Under the pieces are notes generated by a model. The model had not been told where the DNA came from and did not search any database. It was given only the letters and a program-made list of their open reading frames with translations. The position numbers and the translations under genes were made by a program. A stretch of 42,802 bases of DNA, taken from the NCBI GenBank assembly GCA_944388625.1, contig CALXJM010000002.1, positions 1-42,802 on the forward strand, written 5' to 3'. Of this stretch, positions 39,519-42,802 are shown in pieces (position 1 is the first letter of the stretch; each line of letters opens with the position of its first letter). Source of the stretch: an uncultured Clostridia bacterium. GTDB lineage: Bacteria > Bacillota > Clostridia > TANB77 > CAG-508.

Positions 39519-40748
39519 ATGAAAAAACCAGAATTATTAGCACCAGCTGGAAGCTTTGAAAAAGCAAAAATTGCTTTCATGTATGGAGCAGATGCTATAT
39601 ATGCAGGAACAGCATCACTTTCTTTAAGATCTAGAGCAGAAATGGAAAATAGTGATTTATATAATACTATAAAATATGCTCATGAATTGGGCAAAAAGGT
39701 ATATGTAGCTATTAATATATTTGCTTGGGATGAAAATTACGAGGAAGTAAAATCTCAAGCTAAAGTATTAAATGAATTAAAAGTAGATGGTATAATTGTA
39801 GCCGACGGCGGAGTGGTAGAAGCTATAAAACAAGAAGCACCAAATGTAGACATACATATTAGTACACAAGCTAATACAGTAAGCTATCATGCTGCTAACT
39901 TTTGGTATAAAAATGGTGCTAAAAGAATTATACTAGCGCGTGAATTAAACAAAGAACAAATACGAAAAATTATGGAAAATAAGCCTAAAGAACTAGAAAT
40001 AGAAATGTTTATTCATGGAGCAATTTGCTTTGGATACTCGGGAAGATGCTTTTTAAGTGATTTCCTAGCTAGTAGAAGTGCAAACTTGGGGGATTGTGCC
40101 CAAAGTTGTAGATGGGGATACAATGTATATGTAGAGGAAGCAAATAAACCAGGTAACTTAATGCCTGTAGAATATGGAAAAGAAGGCACACATATATTTT
40201 CTTCAAAGGATTTATGTTTAATTAAAGAAATACCAGAAATTTTTGACTTGGGAGTAGATAGTCTAAAAATAGAAGGAAGATTAAAAACAGAATACTATTT
40301 ATCTACAATTGTTAATGCATATCGTTGTGCTATTGACGATTATGCGAAAAATCCAAAAGAATATGACTATACAAAATATTTAAAAGAAATCGAAAAAACA
40401 AAAACAAGAGGGCTTACTACTTTTTATTTTAATGATAGAAATAATAAAGATTTCCAAGAATATGATGGGAAGCAATATAATTTAGAATACGAATATGCAG
40501 GTAAAATAATATCTTATAAAGAAGATAAATCTATTATTGAAATAAAAAATAAACTTCAAATTGGAGACAATTTAGAAATTATTATACCAGGTAAAATCGA
40601 AACAGAGAAATTTCAAATAAAAAAATTATGGGATGTAGAAACAGAAGAAGAAATTTCTGTTATAAATCCAGGAAAATCTGAGCAAAAGGTAAAAATTCAT
40701 ATTCCAATAAAAGTAGAAAAAAATTGGATTTTAAGAAGGAAAAAATAG
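39519..40748 (+). CDS. Peptidase U32 family protein (YrrO/TrhP/RlhA-like)
   Basis: 409 aa with the U32 signature EMFIHGAICFGYSGRCFLSDF. Members of this family are linked to prephenate-dependent RNA hydroxylation. Confidence 0.8.
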   Translation: MKKPELLAPAGSFEKAKIAFMYGADAIYAGTASLSLRSRAEMENSDLYNTIKYAHELGKKVYVAINIFAWDENYEEVKSQAKVLNELKVDGIIVADGGVVEAIKQEAPNVDIHISTQANTVSYHAANFWYKNGAKRIILARELNKEQIRKIMENKPKELEIEMFIHGAICFGYSGRCFLSDFLASRSANLGDCAQSCRWGYNVYVEEANKPGNLMPVEYGKEGTHIFSSKDLCLIKEIPEIFDLGVDSLKIEGRLKTEYYLSTIVNAYRCAIDDYAKNPKEYDYTKYLKEIEKTKTRGLTTFYFNDRNNKDFQEYDGKQYNLEYEYAGKIISYKEDKSIIEIKNKLQIGDNLEIIIPGKIETEKFQIKKLWDVETEEEISVINPGKSEQKVKIHIPIKVEKNWILRRKK

Positions 40749-40749
40749 A

Positions 40750-41538
40750 TTATCTATCAAAAAAACGAGATAGAATGAAACCAAAAAATAAGCATAAAAG
40801 AGCGGAAAAGCCAGTAAAGTTAAAAGGTAGAGGTTCATATAAAATAAAAACAGAACCACATACAAAACCAATAATAGAATAATATGTTTGAATATAGAAT
40901 TTCTGGAAAAGAAATTCTATTATTTTTAAAGTTAAAAATCCACCCATAACTAATCCTAATCCCATAGGAATTAAAATAGTAAACTGTAAAGTAGAAACAG
41001 AAGCTAAATATAAATCGTAAACTCCCAAAAGCATTAAAATAACAGTACTACTAACACCAGGAACAACTACTCCAATAGACATAATTAAACCAGATATGAA
41101 TAAATAAATAAATTGAACATTTTCCAAATCTATAGTAGGAATATAATTCTCCAAATAAATTAATAAAAGAGAAAGTATAAAACTAAAAAGAAATAATAAG
41201 ATATATGAAAAATGAAATTTTTCCTTATTAGCTTCTTTTACAAGTAAAGGAACGCTACCTAAAATAAGGCCAATAAAAACAAATTTGGTCCCAATAGGAT
41301 AATTCAGAAATAGCCACTTTAAGGCATTTCCAAATAAAATAATTCCTATCCCAATTCCAAAACAAATAGGAAACAAAAATGAAAAATTCTTTTTCCAATC
41401 CTTAAAGAAATGCATAATAGAAGATATTAATTTGTCATAAATACCAAAAATAACACAAAGAACGCCGCTGCTAATTCCTGGAAGAATAGCACCGGCTCCA
41501 ATTAATATTCCTTTAAAAAAATTCCACAAAAATTTCAT
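40750..41538 (-). CDS. DUF368 family membrane protein (PopT-like undecaprenyl-phosphate translocase candidate)
   Basis: Polytopic protein with duplicated PG(I/V)SS motifs (AILPGISSGV, VVPGVSSTV). ATG 41538 is preceded by SD AGGTG. The ORF-track start at 41565 is an unsupported TTG extension. Confidence 0.8.
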   Translation of the reverse strand: MKFLWNFFKGILIGAGAILPGISSGVLCVIFGIYDKLISSIMHFFKDWKKNFSFLFPICFGIGIGIILFGNALKWLFLNYPIGTKFVFIGLILGSVPLLVKEANKEKFHFSYILLFLFSFILSLLLIYLENYIPTIDLENVQFIYLFISGLIMSIGVVVPGVSSTVILMLLGVYDLYLASVSTLQFTILIPMGLGLVMGGFLTLKIIEFLFQKFYIQTYYSIIGFVCGSVFILYEPLPFNFTGFSALLCLFFGFILSRFFDR

Positions 41539-41584
41539 AACAACACCTATTGCATGAGTATGCAAAAAATAAAGAAATATGATT

Positions 41585-42802
41585 TTAAGATTCTAAAATT
41601 TTTTTCATTTCTTCAAATCGTTTAATTTTTTGAGTTGTTGTTTTTATCATTGGTTCATCTGTAATAACTAAATATTTTATATGCTTATAATTAGTTAAAG
41701 TTTGATTTAATTCTTTTATATCTTGCCAGATTTTTTCTTCTAATTGCTCTTTTGTAAAATTAATGAAATGCTCTTGAACATAATCTGTATTATAAACAAT
41801 TTTTGCAGATAATAATAAATCATCGCCCTTTGGCATTCCAAATACCATACTTTCATCTACATATGGGAATTTATTAATTAATATTTCTAATTCTTCTGGA
41901 TAAATATTCTTTCCATTTTTTAAAACAATAACATTCTTTTTTCTACCAGATATATAAATATAACCATCTTTGTCTATATAACCCAAATCACCTGTGTAAA
42001 ACCAACCATCTTTTAAAACTTCTTTAGTTGCTTCTTCATTTTCATAATAGCCAAGCATTACATTAGGACCTTTAGCAACAATTTCTCCAATTCCATTTTC
42101 ATTTGGATTATCAATTTTTATTTGTACATTACAAAGTGGAAAACCAGTAGAACCATAACGAATAGCAGATTCTCTTTCTGCAATAAGAACAGGAGAAGTT
42201 TCAGTTAAACCATAACCTTGAATAGCAGTAATTCCAAAATCATGAAAACCTTTAGCTACGGTTTTATCAATAGCAGCAGCGCCACTAATAGCAAAGCGTA
42301 TACTACCACCTAATTGATCCAATACACTTTTAAAGATTTTTCTTCTAATATCAATTTTAAATTTAAGAAGAAAATTGCTAATCTTTATTGCAAGTTTTAC
42401 TATTTTTGTTTTATCTTGTTTATCTATTTCTTTCCATATTTTTTTATACATAGCTTCTAATAAAAGAGGAACACATACAAAAATAGATACTTTATATTCA
42501 ACTAAGTTCTTCTGAATATATTTTAACCCATCGCAAAATACATTGGTTACACCATGACTTAAAAAAAAGATTAAGCCAGTTGAGCCGAAAGTATGGTGAA
42601 GTGGTAAAAAAGCCATATTAACATCGGATGGATATATTTTAATAACATAACTTAAAGCATAAATATTGGAGGTAATATTTTTATGAGAAAGCATTACCGC
42701 TTTTGAAATAGAAGTAGTACCAGAAGTGAAAAGAAGCATACTCATTTTTTGCTCATCAATAGGAGCAGTAAGAAAACGAGTATCTCCAGCATTTAGTTTT
42801 TC
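41585..42802 (-). CDS. AMP-dependent long-chain acyl-CoA synthetase (5' end outside the window)
   Basis: Adenylation motifs FTSGTTSISKAV, GYGLTET, YTGDLG and GRKKNVIVLKNGKNIYPEELE. The reading frame stays open upstream of Met 42745 to the window edge (...EKLNAGDTRFLTAPIDEQKM...). Confidence 0.85.
   Translation of the reverse strand, partial: EKLNAGDTRFLTAPIDEQKMSMLLFTSGTTSISKAVMLSHKNITSNIYALSYVIKIYPSDVNMAFLPLHHTFGSTGLIFFLSHGVTNVFCDGLKYIQKNLVEYKVSIFVCVPLLLEAMYKKIWKEIDKQDKTKIVKLAIKISNFLLKFKIDIRRKIFKSVLDQLGGSIRFAISGAAAIDKTVAKGFHDFGITAIQGYGLTETSPVLIAERESAIRYGSTGFPLCNVQIKIDNPNENGIGEIVAKGPNVMLGYYENEEATKEVLKDGWFYTGDLGYIDKDGYIYISGRKKNVIVLKNGKNIYPEELEILINKFPYVDESMVFGMPKGDDLLLSAKIVYNTDYVQEHFINFTKEQLEEKIWQDIKELNQTLTNYKHIKYLVITDEPMIKTTTQKIKRFEEMKKILES

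Noticed and set aside
40753-40774. 6-bp hairpin (TCTATC/GATAGA) as a shared terminator between the convergent U32 and DUF368 genes.
   Set aside because: The stem is short with a 10-nt loop, there is no U-tract on the + strand, and it lies inside the DUF368 coding sequence.
41539-41565. Upstream TTG start for the DUF368 gene (MHTHAIGVV extension).
   Set aside because: No SD precedes it, whereas the ATG at 41538 has AGGTG at proper spacing and yields a typical N-terminus.
1-42802. Scan for CRISPR arrays, tRNA/rRNA genes, riboswitches and toxin-antitoxin or defence-island genes.
   Set aside because: No spaced direct repeats were seen. The only GC-rich island is 7169-7633. No recognisable nuclease, helicase or methylase defence modules were seen. 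The intergenic regions are short and are explained by promoters and terminators.

Overview
AT-rich (about 27-30% G+C by spot counts) Firmicutes/Clostridia-like chromosomal window made up almost entirely of housekeeping genes. The + strand carries nusA-ylxR-ylxQ-infB-rbfA-nrnA, truB, ispG, a GT2 glycosyltransferase, rpsO-pnp, a membrane GT2 synthase, miaB and mutS (disrupted by a frameshift). It continues with pyrH-frr-polyprenyl synthase-uppS-cdsA, a short RseP-like protease, polC, DUF1294, galE and a two-TM hypothetical. An accessory block follows: ABC-2 exporter, membrane-anchored esterase, HxxxD acyltransferase and a polytopic membrane protein. The + strand ends with glgP, argS and a U32-family gene. 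A DUF368 (PopT-like) gene and a 5'-truncated acyl-CoA synthetase lie on the - strand at the right edge. I saw no rRNA, tRNA, CRISPR array, transposase or integrase. The main anomaly is a 465-nt ORF (7169-7633) between truB and ispG. It has about 44% G+C and mostly CGN arginine codons, unlike the neighbouring genes read here, plus its own near-consensus promoter, SD and intrinsic terminator. It encodes three ~36-aa WG-like repeats of unknown function. Secondary points are the single-base mutS frameshift with no mutL downstream, the translationally coupled esterase/acyltransferase/membrane trio, a PDZ-less RseP, an Asn-rich tract in IF-2, and several compact regulatory arrangements. All family assignments come from motifs read in the translations and from memory. 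No searches were run.
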